A stretch of DNA of 64,000 bases from Squalus acanthias (lineage: Eukaryota). Position numbers and translations under genes: made by a program. This document shows, in pieces, positions 1 through 13,540 of the stretch. Location: NCBI GenBank assembly GCA_030390025.1, contig CM059431.1:148678001-148742000 (forward strand), given 5' to 3'. Positions within the stretch are counted from its first letter, which is position 1, and each line of letters starts with the position of its first letter. The notes beneath the pieces were generated by a model. That model searched no databases and had not been told where the DNA came from. It saw only the letters and a program-made list of their open reading frames with translations.

Positions 1-43
1 TCTCTCTCCTAGTCTCTCTCTCTCTCCAGTCTCTCTCTCTCTC

Positions 44-74
<31 letters not shown>

Positions 75-465
75 AGTCTCTCTCCTATCGGTCTCTCTCT
101 CTATCTCCCTGTCTCTCTCTCGCACAGTCTCTCTCCTTATCCCTATTATCTCTCTCTTCCCAGTCATTCTCTCCCCCAATCTCTCTCTCTCTCCCTCTGC
201 CCCAGTTTCTCCCTTTCCCCCAGTCTCTCTCTCTCTCCAGTCTCACTCTCTCGCCAATATTTCTCTACCACAATCACACTCTCTCCCCATTCTCTCTCTC
301 TCTCTCAGTCTCTATCTCCCCAATCTCTCTATCCCCAGTTTCTCTCTCCCCAAGTTTATCTCTCTCCAGTCTCTCTTTCCAACAGTCTGTCTCTCTCTCC
401 CCATTATCTCTTCTCCCCAGTCTCACTCTCTCCATTCCCTTTCTCTCACACTGTCTCCCAATCTC
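1..465. repeat. CT-rich low-complexity repeat
   Basis: Degenerate (CT)n with recurring CCAGTCTCTCTC units. Confidence 0.9.
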
Positions 466-1715
466 ATAGAAGCATACAAACATAGAAGATAGGAGCAGGA
501 GTAAGCCATTCGGACCCTCGAGCCTGCTCCGCCATTCAATGAGATCATGGCTGATCATCCAAATTCAGTACCCTGTTCCTGCTTTCTCCCCATATCCCTT
601 GATCCGTTTGGCCTTAAGAAATATATCTATCTCCTTCTTGATTATATTTAATGAATTGGCCTCAACTGCCTTCTGTGGTAGATAATTCCACAGGTTCACC
701 AATATCTGGGTAAATAAATTCCTCCTCATCTCAGTCCTAAATGGCTTACCCCTTATACTTAGACAGTGACCTCTGGTTCTAGACTCCCCCGCCATCGGGA
801 ACATCCTTCCTGCATCTAGTCTGTCTAGTCCTGTTAGAATTTTATAAGTTTCAATGAGATCGCCTCTTATTCTTCGAAACTCTAGCGAATATAAGCCTAA
901 TCGACCCAATCTCTATTTATATTTCATTCCTGCCACCCCAGGTATAAGTCTGGTAAATCTTCGCTGCACTCCCTCCATGGCAATTACATCCTTCCTCAGA
1001 TAAGTCGACCAAAACTGCACACAATTCTCAAGGTGTGGTCTCACCAAGGCCTTGTACAACTGCAGCAAGACATTCTTGCTCCTTTACTCGAATCCTCTCG
1101 CTATGAAGGCCAACATACCATTTGCCTTCTTAACCGGCTGCTGCACCTGCATGCTTACCTTCAGCGACTGATTCGCAAGGACACCCAGGTCTCGTTGCAC
1201 TTCCCCTTTTCCCAATCTATTGCCGTTCAGATAATAATCTGTCTTCCTATTTTTGCCACCAAAGTGGATAACCTCGCATTTATCCACATTATACTGCATC
1301 TGCCATGCATCTGCCCAATCACCCAACCTGTCCGAATCATACTGGAGTTTCTCTGCATCCTCCTCACAGCACACACGCCCACCCAGTTTTGTGTCGTCTG
1401 CAAACAGAGATATTACATCTAGTTCCCTCGTCTAGAGCATTAGCATTAATATATATTGTGAATCGCTGGGGTGCTAGCACCGATCCCTGTCGTAGCCTAC
1501 TAGTCACTGCCTGCCACTTGGAAAAAGACCCGTTTATTCCAACTCTTTGCTTCCTGTCTGCCAACCAGTTCTCTATCCAAATCAGTACCTCACCCCCAAT
1601 CCCATGTGCTTTAACTTTGCACGCTAATCTCTTATGCGGGACCTTATCAAAATCCTTCTGAAAGTCCAAATACACCACATCCACTGGTTCTCCCTTATCT
1701 ATTCTACCAGTTACA
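466..1715 (-). mobile_element. CR1 LINE 3' fragment, decayed
   Basis: Minus-strand ORFs with VDVVYLDFQK.FDKVPH, QGSVL and LGLYSLEFRRIRGDLIETYKIL; 3' tail near 466-490. Confidence 0.9.
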
Positions 1716-2148
1716 TTCTCTCTCTCTCCCCCAGTCTCTCTCTCCCCAGTCTATCTCTCTCCGACTATGTCTCTCTCCCCATTCTCTTTCTCTCTCCAGT
1801 TTCCCTCTCTCCCGTATCTGTCACCAATCTCTCTCCTCTAGTCTCTCTCTCTCTCTCAGCAGACCCTCACTCTCTCCCAAGTCTCTCAGTCTTTCACCCC
1901 AGTCTCTCTCTCTCCTCAATCTCTCTCTCTCTCCCCGTCTTTCTCTCCCCCAGTCTTCTCTCTCCAGTCGCTCTCTCCCCAGTCTTTCTCTCTCCCAGTA
2001 TCTCTCATCTCTGCAGTCTCTCTCTCCCACAGACTCTCACCCCCTCCCCATTGTCTCTCAACCTAATTCCTTCTGTCTCACCAGTCTCTCTCTCTCTGCT
2101 TTTTATCTCTCCCCGTCCCTCTCTCTCCCCAAATCTCTCTCTCTCCCG
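1716..2148. repeat. CT-rich low-complexity repeat
   Basis: Degenerate (CT)n. Confidence 0.9.
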
Positions 2149-3115
2149 GTGCGCTGGCGATGGAGGGAGTGAATGTTAAAGGTCCTGGTTTTGGTGCCAA
2201 TCAAACAGGCTGCTTTGTACTGGGTGATGTCGAGCATCTGGAGTGTTGTTGGAGCTGTGCCCATCAAGGCAAGTGGAAAGTATTCCATAACACTCCTGAC
2301 TTGTGCCTTGTAGATGGTGGAAAAACATTTGGGATGTCAGGATGAGAGACAATCGTCGCAGAATAACCAGGCTCTGACCTGATTTTGTAGCCACAATGTT
2401 TATGCGGCTGGTCCCGATCCAGTTAAATTTCGGTTGAATGGTGACCATCAGGATATAGTTGGTGTGGGATTTGATCGTGGTAATGCCATTGAATGTCACT
2501 GGCAGGTGGCTCTTGTTAGAGATCGTCATTGCCTGGCACTTGTGTGGTGCGAGTGTTACTTGCCACTTATCAGCCAAAGTCTGAAATTCGTCCAGGTCTT
2601 GCTGCATGCGGACACGGGCTGCTTCATTATCTGAGGAGTTGAGAATGGAAGTGCCCATTGCAAACTTAAGCGAATATCCCCATTTCTGACCTAATGATGA
2701 AGGGATGGTCATTGATGAAGCAGCTGAAGATGTTTGGGCCTAGGAAACTTCATTGAGCAACTCCTGCAGCGATGTCCTGCGTCTGAGATTATTGATTTCC
2801 AACAACCAGAGCCATCTTCCTTTGTGCTAGGTATGACTCCAGCCGATGAAGAGTTTACCCCCTCATTCCCATTGACTACAGCTTTACGAGTGCTCCTTAA
2901 TGCCACACTTGGTCAAATGCTGCCTTCATGTCCAGGGCATTCACTCTCACCTCAACACTGGAATTCAGCTCTTTCTCCATGTTTAGACCAAGGCTGTAAT
3001 GAAGTCTGCAGCCGAGTGTTCCTGGCTGAAACCAAACTGAGCGTCGGTGAGTAGGTTATTGGTGGGCAAGGACCACTTAATAGCAGTGTCGATGACACCT
3101 TTTATCATTTTGCTC
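2149..3115 (-). mobile_element. Second LINE family (CR1-like), RT fragment
   Basis: MQQDLD..WQVT.APHKCQAM and KAA.LIGT motifs; same family as 30972-33012. Confidence 0.75.
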
Positions 3116-3169
3116 ATTTCACCAGTCTGTCTCTGTCTATATATATATATATATATATATAATCTACAT

Positions 3170-3720
3170 CATTAATATTTTTCAAAGTTATCAATGGTTC
3201 GAATAGGGAACCCTGGGCTAAGCACTGGATACTTCCATCCAGTCTGAACAACAGCCATTAACCACTACTTTTTGTTTTTTGTCGCATAGCAAAAGTGAAA
3301 TCCCCATTGCCACTGCCCCCTTAGTCTTAACACGTTTTTTTAATGGCACTTCATTAAATGAATTTTTTAAGTCCATATACACAACGTCAACCACGCCAAA
3401 CTCATTAATCCTCGACGTTACTTCATCAAAATACTTAATCAAGTTTGTCAGACACACTTTGCTGTTAGCATATCCGTGCTGCTTGTCATTTAATAATCCA
3501 TGTTTCTTTCCAAGTGACAAACAATTTTCTCCGGGAATATGGCCTCTAGAACTTTCCCCACCACCGACGTTCGCCTGACTGTCCTGTAGTTACATTGTTT
3601 ATCCCTCTCTTCTTTTTTAAACTGGGAGTAACATTGGCCCCACTGGAATATCCAAGGAGGATTTAAAGATTCTGGCCAGATCATGCGCTATTTCCACCAT
3701 TCATTCCCTCAGCAACCCTC
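3170..3720 (-). mobile_element. Old CR1 RT fragment
   Basis: NYR.V..TSVVGKVLE, QHG...K.CLTNLI.YFDEVT and VDVVYMD remnants. Confidence 0.75.
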
Positions 3721-3973
3721 ATACATACATCTGGACTGCGGAAAAGTTCTAATTTACTATGGTAGAAAACGTGCTGGATTGAAAGGGGTTAACAGAAGCT
3801 GTTTGTTCAGTGATTGTAATTAACGTCAGTCTCCATGGACCCTTATTGCATCAGTGCAGGGTTTCCCTCTTCTATTAATAAGGGACTCATTTCAATGTGT
3901 TATCCCATAGTATCTGTGACGGCATTACCTCTGGTACTAAAGGATCAACGCGCTGCTCCACAGAGAGGGAGTC

Positions 3974-4056
3974 GGAATCTGAGCACAGTAGATTGGAATG
4001 TTATAACAATGGACTGGAATCTGAGAACAGTAGATTGGAATGGTACAACAATGGAA
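3974..4056 (+). repeat. 42-bp tandem duplication (21-bp subunits) at the GPCR N-terminus
   Basis: GGAATCTGAG.ACAGTAGATTGGAATG.TA.AACAATGGA present twice. Confidence 0.85.
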
Positions 4057-4189
4057 AAGAGTTTTTCCTCGGCATTTGACGTTCTTTCTGAATATTATGA
4101 TATGCTATCATTACAAAGTCGGATCCTTTACGCACTTCAGACGATTCAGTTATTTTACTATCCCCTCCTTGCTGTTGTTGGTGTTCCTG
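4009..4189 (+). CDS. GPR139/GPR142-like class A GPCR, coding exon 1 (start codon uncertain: 4009 or 4051; 3835 and 3895 are also in frame)
   Basis: Encodes N-terminus plus first half of TM1 (FYYPLLAVVGVP); phase-1 donor CCTG|GTAAG at 4189/4190 joins exon 2 in frame to give GVPVNLVTIMIL. Confidence 0.85.
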
Positions 4190-4769
4190 GTAAGGCTCTC
4201 TATATTGCTATTAAGTCTATAAACCGTGTTTAACAGCATTATCTTTTTCTCTCCCCTCCTTTGCTGCTGTTGTAATTCCTGGTAAAAAGAAAAATAAATA
4301 CTTGCATTTATATAGGGTCTTTCACAACAAACGTACATCTCAAAGTACGTTACAGCCAATTAAGTTATTTTTGAAGTCGAGTCACTGCGGTAATGTTGGT
4401 AAGTCTGTCTATTCAGATATTATCTCTCCAAACCTTTGCCTACTGTATTGCTATTCTCGTAAGTTACTCTCTCAAATGCGCTGCTGTTGATGTTCCTGTT
4501 AAGTCTCTACATCCAGCAACTAGATCTGTACACCACGTCTCACTGTATATACTGTGTTTGTTATTTAAATCTTGGGAACACCAAAGCATTGTCTCCGGTC
4601 CCCGTTACAAAGTCCATTTTTTTAATCTACCAATTCAATCACCCTCCCTGGACAACGTGTGAGGATGAACCACACTGTTCGCAACCACTGCGTTTTCTTT
4701 TACCTTGAACTGAGTATCGACCTCGTATCCTCTGAATCACCAGCTCTGCCTGAAACCACCTCTATAATA

Positions 4770-5050
4770 TCGACCGTGTGTGCCTCTCGTCAGCCGTTCC
4801 ACTGCAGAAACCCTCACCCATGCCTTTGTTAAACTTGAATGGACTATTGCAATAATCTCCTGGCTGACCTCCAAAACTCTGCTGCCTATAACCGAACACG
4901 CATCAAGTCATGTTCACCCACCAACCCTTTGCTCGCTGAGCTACATTTGCTTCCAAGCGGGAAAAGCCTCGATCTTAATAATCTCATCATTAAGATCAAA
5001 TCCCACCATGACCTTATCCCTACAATTAGTCCCATTCCCCAGTTCTTTTC
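4770..5050 (+). mobile_element. L2 LINE 3' fragment, decayed
   Basis: AETLTHAFV, DYCN.LLA.L and P.LAELH.LP remnants across frames. Confidence 0.65.
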
Positions 5051-5199
5051 CCGTAGACCTGCAAATTGTTACGCTTCAAATATTTAAACAAATCCCCTTT
5101 TAAAGTAAATTTCTTCCCTGCTGTGCCTCTCCCAGTCATGCTTTCTCTATTTTTTATTTATCTCTGTCTCTCACTTTCCCACTTCTCTCTCTCTGTCAC

Positions 5200-6975
5200 C
5201 TGCTCATAGAATCATAAAATGGTACAGCTCAGAAGAAGGCCATTCGTCCCATTGTTTCTGTGCCATCTGTTTGAAAGAACTGTCTCATTATTCCTACTAT
5301 TTAGCCAGAGCGCTGTAAAAAAATTCCTCTTCAACTAATTAACCCATTCCCTTTCGAAAGTTACTATTTAATCTACTTCCACTATGTTCTCAGACAGTGC
5401 ATTCCAGATCACAGCAACTCACTGCAAAAAGAAAATTCTCCTCATTTCTCCTCTGGGTCTTTTGCCTATTACCTTAAATCTGTGAACTCTGGTTAACCAC
5501 CTTTCTGCCACTGCAAAAACAAAATGACAAATGCATCCTTTAAATCCAATCAAAGTTTTGAAATCCATATTAAATCTCCCTTTTTGAAAAAGGACACAGA
5601 TAGACAAGGTGTAAACTCTTTCAACTTGGGAAAGGCCAATTTGACAAAGCTGAGATGTGATTCAGCAAAAGTGTACTGGAAACAGTGACATAAAGGTAAA
5701 TCAGTATCACACCAATGGGGGTCATTCAAGGAGGAGGTAGTGAGGCTTCAGAGCAAATATATTCCGACAAAGAAAAAAGGAAAGGAAAGACTTGCATTTA
5801 TATAGCGCCTTTTACGACCAGTGGACGTCTCAAAGCACTTTACAGCTAATGAAATACTTTTGAAGTGGAGTCGCTGTTGTAATGTGGGAAACACGACAGC
5901 CAATTTGCAAACAGCAAGGTCCCACAAAGAGCAATATGATAATGACCAGATAATCTGTTTTGTTATGTTGTTTGATGGATAAATATTGGCCAGGACACCG
6001 AGGATAACTCAAGTGCTCTTCTTCGAAATGGTGCCATGGTGTATTTTACGTCGACCTGAGAGAGCAGACGGGCCCTCGATTTAACATCTCATCCGAAAGA
6101 CGGCACCTCCGACAATGCAGCACTCCCTCAACATTGCACTAGAGTGTCAGCATAGCCTCCTTCTGTGCCATATATTTCTATGATTCTATAATTCTATGTT
6201 TCTTAACCTTCGCTCCTCTAAAAAGAACAATCCCAGCTTCTCCAGTCTCTCCACTTAACTGAAGTCCCAGATCCCTGGTACCATTTTGGTAAATCCCTGC
6301 ATTTCTCTAATCCTTGATATGCTTGCCAAAGTGTGGTGCCCAGAATTGGAAACAATTCTCCAGCTGGGACCTAACCAGTGATTTATAAAATGTTAGCATT
6401 TCTTCCTGGATTGTGTTAATCTGTGTCTCTGTTTGTAAAGCCAAGGAATCCGTATGTTTTATTAGCAGCTGTCGCAACTTGCCCTGCCACCTTCAAAAAA
6501 TTGTATACTACTCCCCAGCTCTGTCTGATCGTGCACCCACTTTAAAATTGTACCGTTTATTTTCTATTGCCTCTGCTCATACTTCCAACCAAAATGTATC
6601 ACTTCACACTTGTCTGTGTTAAATTGTTTCTGCCATGTAACTGACCATTCCACCAATCTGTCTATGTGCTCCTGAAGTCTGTTACTATCTTCTCACTGTT
6701 AATTAACATTTCCGAGTTTTCTATCATCTGCAAGCTTTGAAATTATGTGCTGCATACCCAATTCCATGGAATCGATATACATGAAAAGAGCAATGGTCCC
6801 ATAACCGACCCCTGGGGAGCACCACTTTATACTTCCCTCCAGTCAGAAAAACAATCGTTTACCACTACTCTTCGCCTCCTGCCTCTTAGCCAATTTCAGG
6901 GCAATGTTGCCACTTCCCCTTTAATCCCATGGGCTTCAAATTTGGTACTATGTGATACTTTATTAAACAAGTTTT
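5200..6975 (-). mobile_element. Cluster of decayed CR1 fragments (mostly minus strand) interrupted by a SINE
   Basis: CATAGAATCATA-type tails near 5205 and 6175; FKVIGKR..GEMRR.FF remnant; RT remnants at 6200-6975. Confidence 0.65.
5783..6155 (-). mobile_element. Deu-domain-type SINE, partial
   Basis: L2-like tail (AAAGACTTGCATTTATATAGCGCC on +) and core CATCCGAAAGACGGCACCTCCGACA.TGCAGCACTCCCTCA. Confidence 0.7.
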
Positions 6976-7353
6976 GAATGGATAGGTAAATTGGGAAAGT
7001 GTGAGCAGTATCAATCAGAAAGCCATAGAAATGCTGGGCCAAGTTGCTTCGACAATTTGTGTAGCGGAGCATGACGTCCGCATGGATAATAGGTCTCGCC
7101 TGTTTTCAATCAATGAATTATAAAATCAGGGATTTTATTCCCATTTTATTATTTATATTTATTTGTTCTCAGGATATGTGTGGCGCTGTCAAGGCCGGTA
7201 GTACTTGTCCATCCCTAGTTACCCATGATAAAATGATGGCCTTCATCTTGAGCCGCTGCAGTCCGTGAGGTGAAGGTGCTCCCACAATACAATTACGGAA
7301 CTAATTTCAGACTTCTGACCGAGTGACGATGAAGGAACGGCGATATATTTGAA

Positions 7354-7543
7354 GGGTGCGGTTGCATAGTGGTTATGATGCTGCAGTAGTAAACCAGATG
7401 CCCGGACGATTGACCCTGAGTTCCAATCCCAACAACTGGGGAAATTAAACTTAATTAATTAAACAAATCTGGAATAAAAAGCTAGTGTAAGTAATGGTGA
7501 CCATGAAACTACCGGATTGTAGTGAAAACCCATCTGGTCTTCT
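7354..7543 (+). mobile_element. tRNA-derived SINE, 3' truncated
   Basis: A-box-like TAGTGGTTA and B-box-like GAGTTCCAATCC; homologous to 14762-15212 and 33425-33838. Confidence 0.7.
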
Positions 7544-9230
7544 TTAACAACAAAAACAACAACTTGTTATATAGCGCATTTAACGTAGTAAAACGTCTCA
7601 AGGCGATGCACAGGAGTATTATGAGACAAAAAAAATGACACCAAGCCACGTAAAGAGAAATTAGGGCAGGTGACCAAAAGCTTGGTGAAAGAGGTGCATC
7701 TTTAAGGAGGACAGAGAGGTAGCGAGGCGGAGAGGATGAGGCAGGCAATTCCACAGGTTAGGGCCAAGGCAACAGAAGGCACAGCCACAAATGATTGAGC
7801 AATTATCATCAGGGATGCTCAAGAGGGCAGAATTAGAGTAGCGCAGATATACCGAGGGGCGGGGACGGAGGAGGTGAGGGCTGTGGCTGAAGAAGATTAC
7901 AGAGATAGGGAGAGGCGAGGCCAGGGAGGGAATTTAAAAAAGGATCAGAAATCTTAAATCGCGGCGCTGCTCAACCAGGAGCCAATCTAGTTCAGCGAGA
8001 GCATGGGTGATGGGCGAACAGAACTTGGTTGATTTAGGATATGTGCAGCCGTTTTTTTATGACCTCAAGTTTCCGTTGGGTAGAATATGGGAGGCCAGCC
8101 AGGAGTGCATTGTCATATTCAAATCAAGAGGTAACAGAGGCATGGATGAGGGTTTCACCAGCGGATGTGCTCAGGCAGGTGTGCAGACGGTCGTAGTTAC
8201 GGAGGTGGAAAATTTGCTGTATTAGTTCTGCTGCAGATATGTGTTCGGAAGCTCATTTCAGGGTCAAATATGACACCAAGGTTGCGAACAGTTTTGTTCA
8301 GCCTCAGAAAGATGTTAGGAAGAGGGCTGGTGTTAGTGGCTAGGGAACGAAGTTAGTGTCAGTGGCCAAAAACATGGCATCGGTCCAAGCACAAATTAAT
8401 TCGAGAGCATTTCTGCTCATCCAGAATTATATGTATGACAAACAGCGGAGAGAAGAGGTAGTGAGGTAGAGCTGGGTGTGTCAGCCTACATGTGGAAACG
8501 AACGCTGTTTTTGGATGATGTCGCCAAGGGGTAACATGCATGAGAAATAGGAGGTGGCCAAGGATAAATACTTGAGTACACCAGAGGTAACGATGCGGGT
8601 GCGGGAACAGAAAGCCGCTGCACGTGATTCTCTGGTTACGATTAGATAGATAAGAATGGAACCCGGCGAGTGCAGTCCCACCCAGCTGGACGACGGTGGA
8701 GAGGCGTTACAGATGGATGAAGTGGTCGACCTTGTTAAAGGCTGCAGACAAATCAAGAAGGATGAGGAGGGATAGTGTACCTTTGTCACAGTCACAAAGG
8801 ATGCCATTTGTGACTTTGATGAGAGCCGTTTCGGCACTGAGGGAATGGCGGAAGCCTGATTGCAGGGATTCAAACAAGGAATTGCGGGAAAGATGCCACG
8901 GATTTGGGCGCATTCAATTACTTTGGAGAGGAAATGGAGGTTGGAGATGGGGCAATAGTTTGGAAGGCCGGTGGGGTCAAGGGTTCTTTATTGAGGAGAG
9001 GGGTGCTGACGGCTGTTTTGAATGAGAGGGGGACAGTACCTGAGGAGAGAGAATCGGTAGCAACGTCAGCTAAAAAGGGAGCCTGAAAAGGAAGTTGGGT
9101 GGTCAGCAGTTTGCTGGGAATAGCGTAGAGGGAGGAGAAAGTGAGTCTCATTGGCAAGTTGAGCGCGGAGAGGTCATGGGGGGAGATCGGAGAGAAACGG
9201 GAGAAAGATGTGAGTTGGAATTGGGGGGGG

Positions 9231-12200
9231 TAATATACCAGCATGGATTGAGAATTAGTTAACAGACAGAAAACAAAGAGTAGGAATAAACGGGTCTCTT
9301 TCAGGATGGCATGTTGTGACTAGTAGGGTACCGGAAGGATCGGTTCCTGGGCCTCAGCCATTCACAATCTATGTGAATGATTTGGATGAGGGAACTAAAT
9401 GAAACATTTCCAAATTTGCTGATGATACAAAGCTAGGTGGCAGTGGCATAGTCATAGAGTCATAGAGTTATACAGCAAGGATAGAGGCCCTTCGGCCCAT
9501 GGTGTCCGCGCCGGCCTTCAAGCCCTGTCTAATCTAATCCCATATTCCAGCATTTGGTCCGTAGCCTTGTATGCTATGGCATTTCAAGTGCTCATCCAAA
9601 TGCTTCTTGAATGGTGTGAGGGTTCCTGCCTCCACTGCCCTTTCAGGCAGTGAGTTCCAGACTCCAACCACCCTCTGGGTGAAAAAGTTATTTCTCAAAT
9701 CCCTTTTAAACCTCCCGCCCTTTACCTTGAATTTATGCCCCCTTGTTATAGACCCCTCTACTAAGGGAAAAAGCTCCTTAGTATCCATCCTATCTATGCC
9801 CCTCATAATTTTGTACAACTCGATCATGTCCCCCCTCAGACTCCTCTGCTCCAAGGAAAACAAACCCAATCTGCCCAGTCTCTCTTCATAACTGAAGCAC
9901 TCCAGCCCGGGTAACATTCTGGTGAATCTCCTCTGCACCCTCTCCAAAGCTATCACATCCTTCCTGTAGTGTGACGACCAGAACTGCACACAGTATTCCA
10001 GATGTGGCCGAACCAGTGTTTTATACAGCTCCATCATAACCTCCTTGCTCTTATATTCAATGCCTCGGCTAATGAATGCAAGTATCTCATATGCCTTTTT
10101 TACCACGTTATCCACCTGTTCCGCCGCCTTCAGGGATCTGTGTACTTGCACACCAAGATCCCTCTGACCCTCCGTCTTGCCTAGGGTCTTACCATTCATT
10201 GTGTATTCCCTTGCCTTGTAAGTCCTTCCAAAGTGCATCACCTCGCACTTTTCCGGATTAAATTCCATTTGCCACTGTACCGCCCATCTGACCAACCCAT
10301 CTATGTCGTGCTGCAGACTGAGGCTACCCTCCTCGCTATTTACCACCCTACCAATTTTCGTATCATCCGCGAACTAACTGATCATACCTTTTACATTCAT
10401 ATCCAAGTCGTTAATGTAGACCAAAAAACAGCAAGGGACCCAGCACCGATCCCTGTGGTACCCCACTGGCCACAGGCTTCCAGTCACAAAAACAACCTTC
10501 GACCATCACACTCTGCCTTCTGCCACTGAGCCAGTCTTGTATCCAAAGTGCCAAGGCACACTGGATTCCATGGGCTCTTACCTTCTTGACCAGTCTCCTG
10601 TGCGGGACTTTATCGAAGGCCTTACTGAAATCCATGTATACCACATCCACTGCGTTACCCTCATCCAGACACCTAGTCACCCACTCAAAAAATTCAAACA
10701 AATTAGACAGACATGATCTTCCCTTGACAAAGCCATGATGGCTAACACTGATTAATCCTTGCCTCTCCAAGTGGAGACTAATTTTGTCCCTCAAATTTTT
10801 TCCAATTATTTTCCTACCACTGATGTTAGGCTCACTGGCCTGTAGTTCCCCGGTTTTTCCCTACTCCCTTTCTTGAATAATGGTACTACATTAGCTGTTC
10901 TCCAGTCCTCTGGCACATCCCCTGTGGCCAGAGAGGTTCTGAATATATGAGTTAGAGCCCCCGCAATCTCCTCCTTTGCCTCACACAGCAGCCAGGGATA
11001 CATTTCCTCCGGACCTGGGGATTTATCCATTTTTAGACCTGCTAAAACCGCCAATACCTCCTCCCACTCGATGTTAAAATGTTCGAGTATATCACAGTCC
11101 CCCTGCCCTAATTTTATGTCTGCATCGTCCTTCTCCATAGTGAAAACAGATGCAAAAAAATCATTTAGAACCCACCTACACCTTCTGGCTCCACACACAG
11201 ATTGCCACTTTTGTCACTAATGGGCCCTATTTTTTTCCCTAGTTATCCTCTTAACCTTAATATACTTATAAAACATCTTAGGATTTTCCTTTGTTTTGCT
11301 CGCCAGTGTTATTTCATGGCCCCTCCTTGATCTCCTAATTTCTTTTTTAAGTATCCCCCTGCACTTTTTATACTCCTCTAGGGCTTCCTCCATCTTTAGC
11401 ATTTTGTATCTGCCAAAAGCCCTCTTTTTTTTCCTGATCCATTCTCGTATATCTCCTGACATCCAAGATTCCCTGGGGTTTTTGGAACCACCCTTGACGT
11501 TTACGGGAACATGCTGCCATTGTATGATCTCAATCTCCCTTCAGAAAGAATCCCATTGCTCCGATGCAGATTTTCCTACAAGAAGCTGATCCCAGTCCAT
11601 TTTGGCCAGATCCTGCCTTATCCTATTAAAATCGGCCTTCCCCCAATTTAGAATCTTTATTTCCGGCCCATCCCTGTCCTTTTCCATGACCACCTTAGAT
11701 CTCACCGTATTATGAACACTGTCACCAAACTGCTCACCTACTTGCACTTCTTCCACTTGGCCGGCCACATTCCCTAGAATTAGGTCCAGTACCGCCCCCT
11801 CTCTTTTAGGACTTTCTGCATGCTGGCTCAAAAAGCTCTCCTGGATGTACTTTAAGAATTTTGAACCCTCTAAGCCTTTCACACTCTGACTATCCCAGTT
11901 AATATTGGGGAAGTTGAAATCCCCCATTATTATGACCCTATTATTTGCACATTTCTCTGAGATTTGCCTACATATCTGTTCCTCTATCTCCCCCTGACTG
12001 TTTGAGGGCCTATAGTACGCTCCCAGCAAAGTGCTTGAAACCTTTTTGTATTTAAGCTCCACCCATATAGCCTCATTGGAGGAACCTGCTAATATTTCAT
12101 CCCTCCTCATGGCAGTAATTGATTCCTTAATTAATATTGCGACACCCCCTCCTCTTATACCTCCCCCTCTGTCTCGCCTGAAGATTCTGTACCACGGAAT

Positions 12201-13540
12201 ATTGAGCTGCCAATCTTGCCCCTCCCTCATCCATGTCTCCGTGATCGCAACAATATCATAATCCCATTTGTTTATCAACACCTTCAGTTCATCCACCTTA
12301 TTCGATAGAGTCATTGCATTAAAATAGATGCCTCCCAGCCTTGCTCTTACATCTTTGCCCTTTCTTCCAAGCTGACTTGTTTTTTTTCTCTATATTTTAC
12401 TGTACATCACCCCCTATTGCAGTTCCACTCTGTATCCCATTCCCCTGCCAAGTTAGTTTAAAGCCCCCCCAACAGTGCTAGCAAACCTCCACGCAAGGAT
12501 ATTTGTCCCGCTCTGGTTCAGGTGCAAACCGTCCGACTTGTACACGTTCCACCTTCCACAGAAGCAGGCCCAGTGATCCAGGAAACTAAAACCCTCCCTC
12601 CTGCAAAAACTCTTTAGCCACGCATTCATCTGTTCTATCCTCCTGTCAGTTGTGAAGAGTTTATGAAGAGGCTTCAAGGGGATCTCGACAGGCTCAGCGA
12701 GTGGGCGAGGATATGGCAGATAGAATATAGCGTGGATAAGTGTGAAGTTATCCACTTTGGTAGAAAAAACAGAAATGCAGAGTATTTCCAAAATGTTGAA
12801 AGTTTGGGGAATTCAAATGCTCAAAGGGTCCTGGTTGTCCTTGTACATGAGTCACTGAAAGTGCAGGTGCAGCTAGCCATTAGTAAGGCAAATGGTATGC
12901 TGGCTTTCATTACAAGAGCATTTGAGTACAGGAGTAAAGAAGTCTCACTCCAATTATATTGGGCCTTGTTGATACCACACCTGGAGTACAGTGTAGAAGT
13001 TTGGTCTCCTTACCTAAGGAAGGATATACTTGTCATAGAGGGTGTGCAACGAAGGTTCACGAGATTGATTCCTGGGATGGGAGGACTGTTGTATGAGAAG
13101 AGATTAAGTAAACTAGGCATGTATTCACTTGAATTCTGAAGAATGAGAGGGGATCTCATTGGAGCATACAAAATTATTACAGGGCTTGATAGGCTGGATG
13201 CTTGGAGAATGTTTCCCTTTGCTGGGGATTCTAGAACCAGGAGCCACAGCCTCAAGATAAAGGGTAGGCCATTCAGGACTGAGATGAGAACAAATTTCTT
13301 CACACAGAGGGTGGTGAATCTTTGGAATTCTCTACCCCATAGGGCTGTGGAGCTCAATCATTGGGTATATTCAAAACATAAGTCGCTAGACTTATGACAA
13401 CTAAAGGCATCAAGGGATATGGCGATAGGGCCGGTGAATTGAGTTGAGGCAGAAGATCAGCCATGATCTTATTGAATGGCGCAGCAGGATCGAACTGCCG
13501 TATGGCCTACTCCTGCTCCTATTTCTTATGTTCTTATGTT
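9231..13540 (+). mobile_element. CR1 3' fragment (9231-9445 and 12645-13540) split by an antisense CR1
   Basis: SKFADDTKLGG before the insertion resumes as RLQGDLDRLSEWA after it; TTCTTATG tail near 13522-13540. Confidence 0.85.
9446..12644 (-). mobile_element. CR1, 5'-truncated within ORF1, ORF2 frameshifted
   Basis: ORF1 end DGLHLN..ALN*, endonuclease (AITETW, MGDFNFP), RT; CTATGACT tail. Confidence 0.93.
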
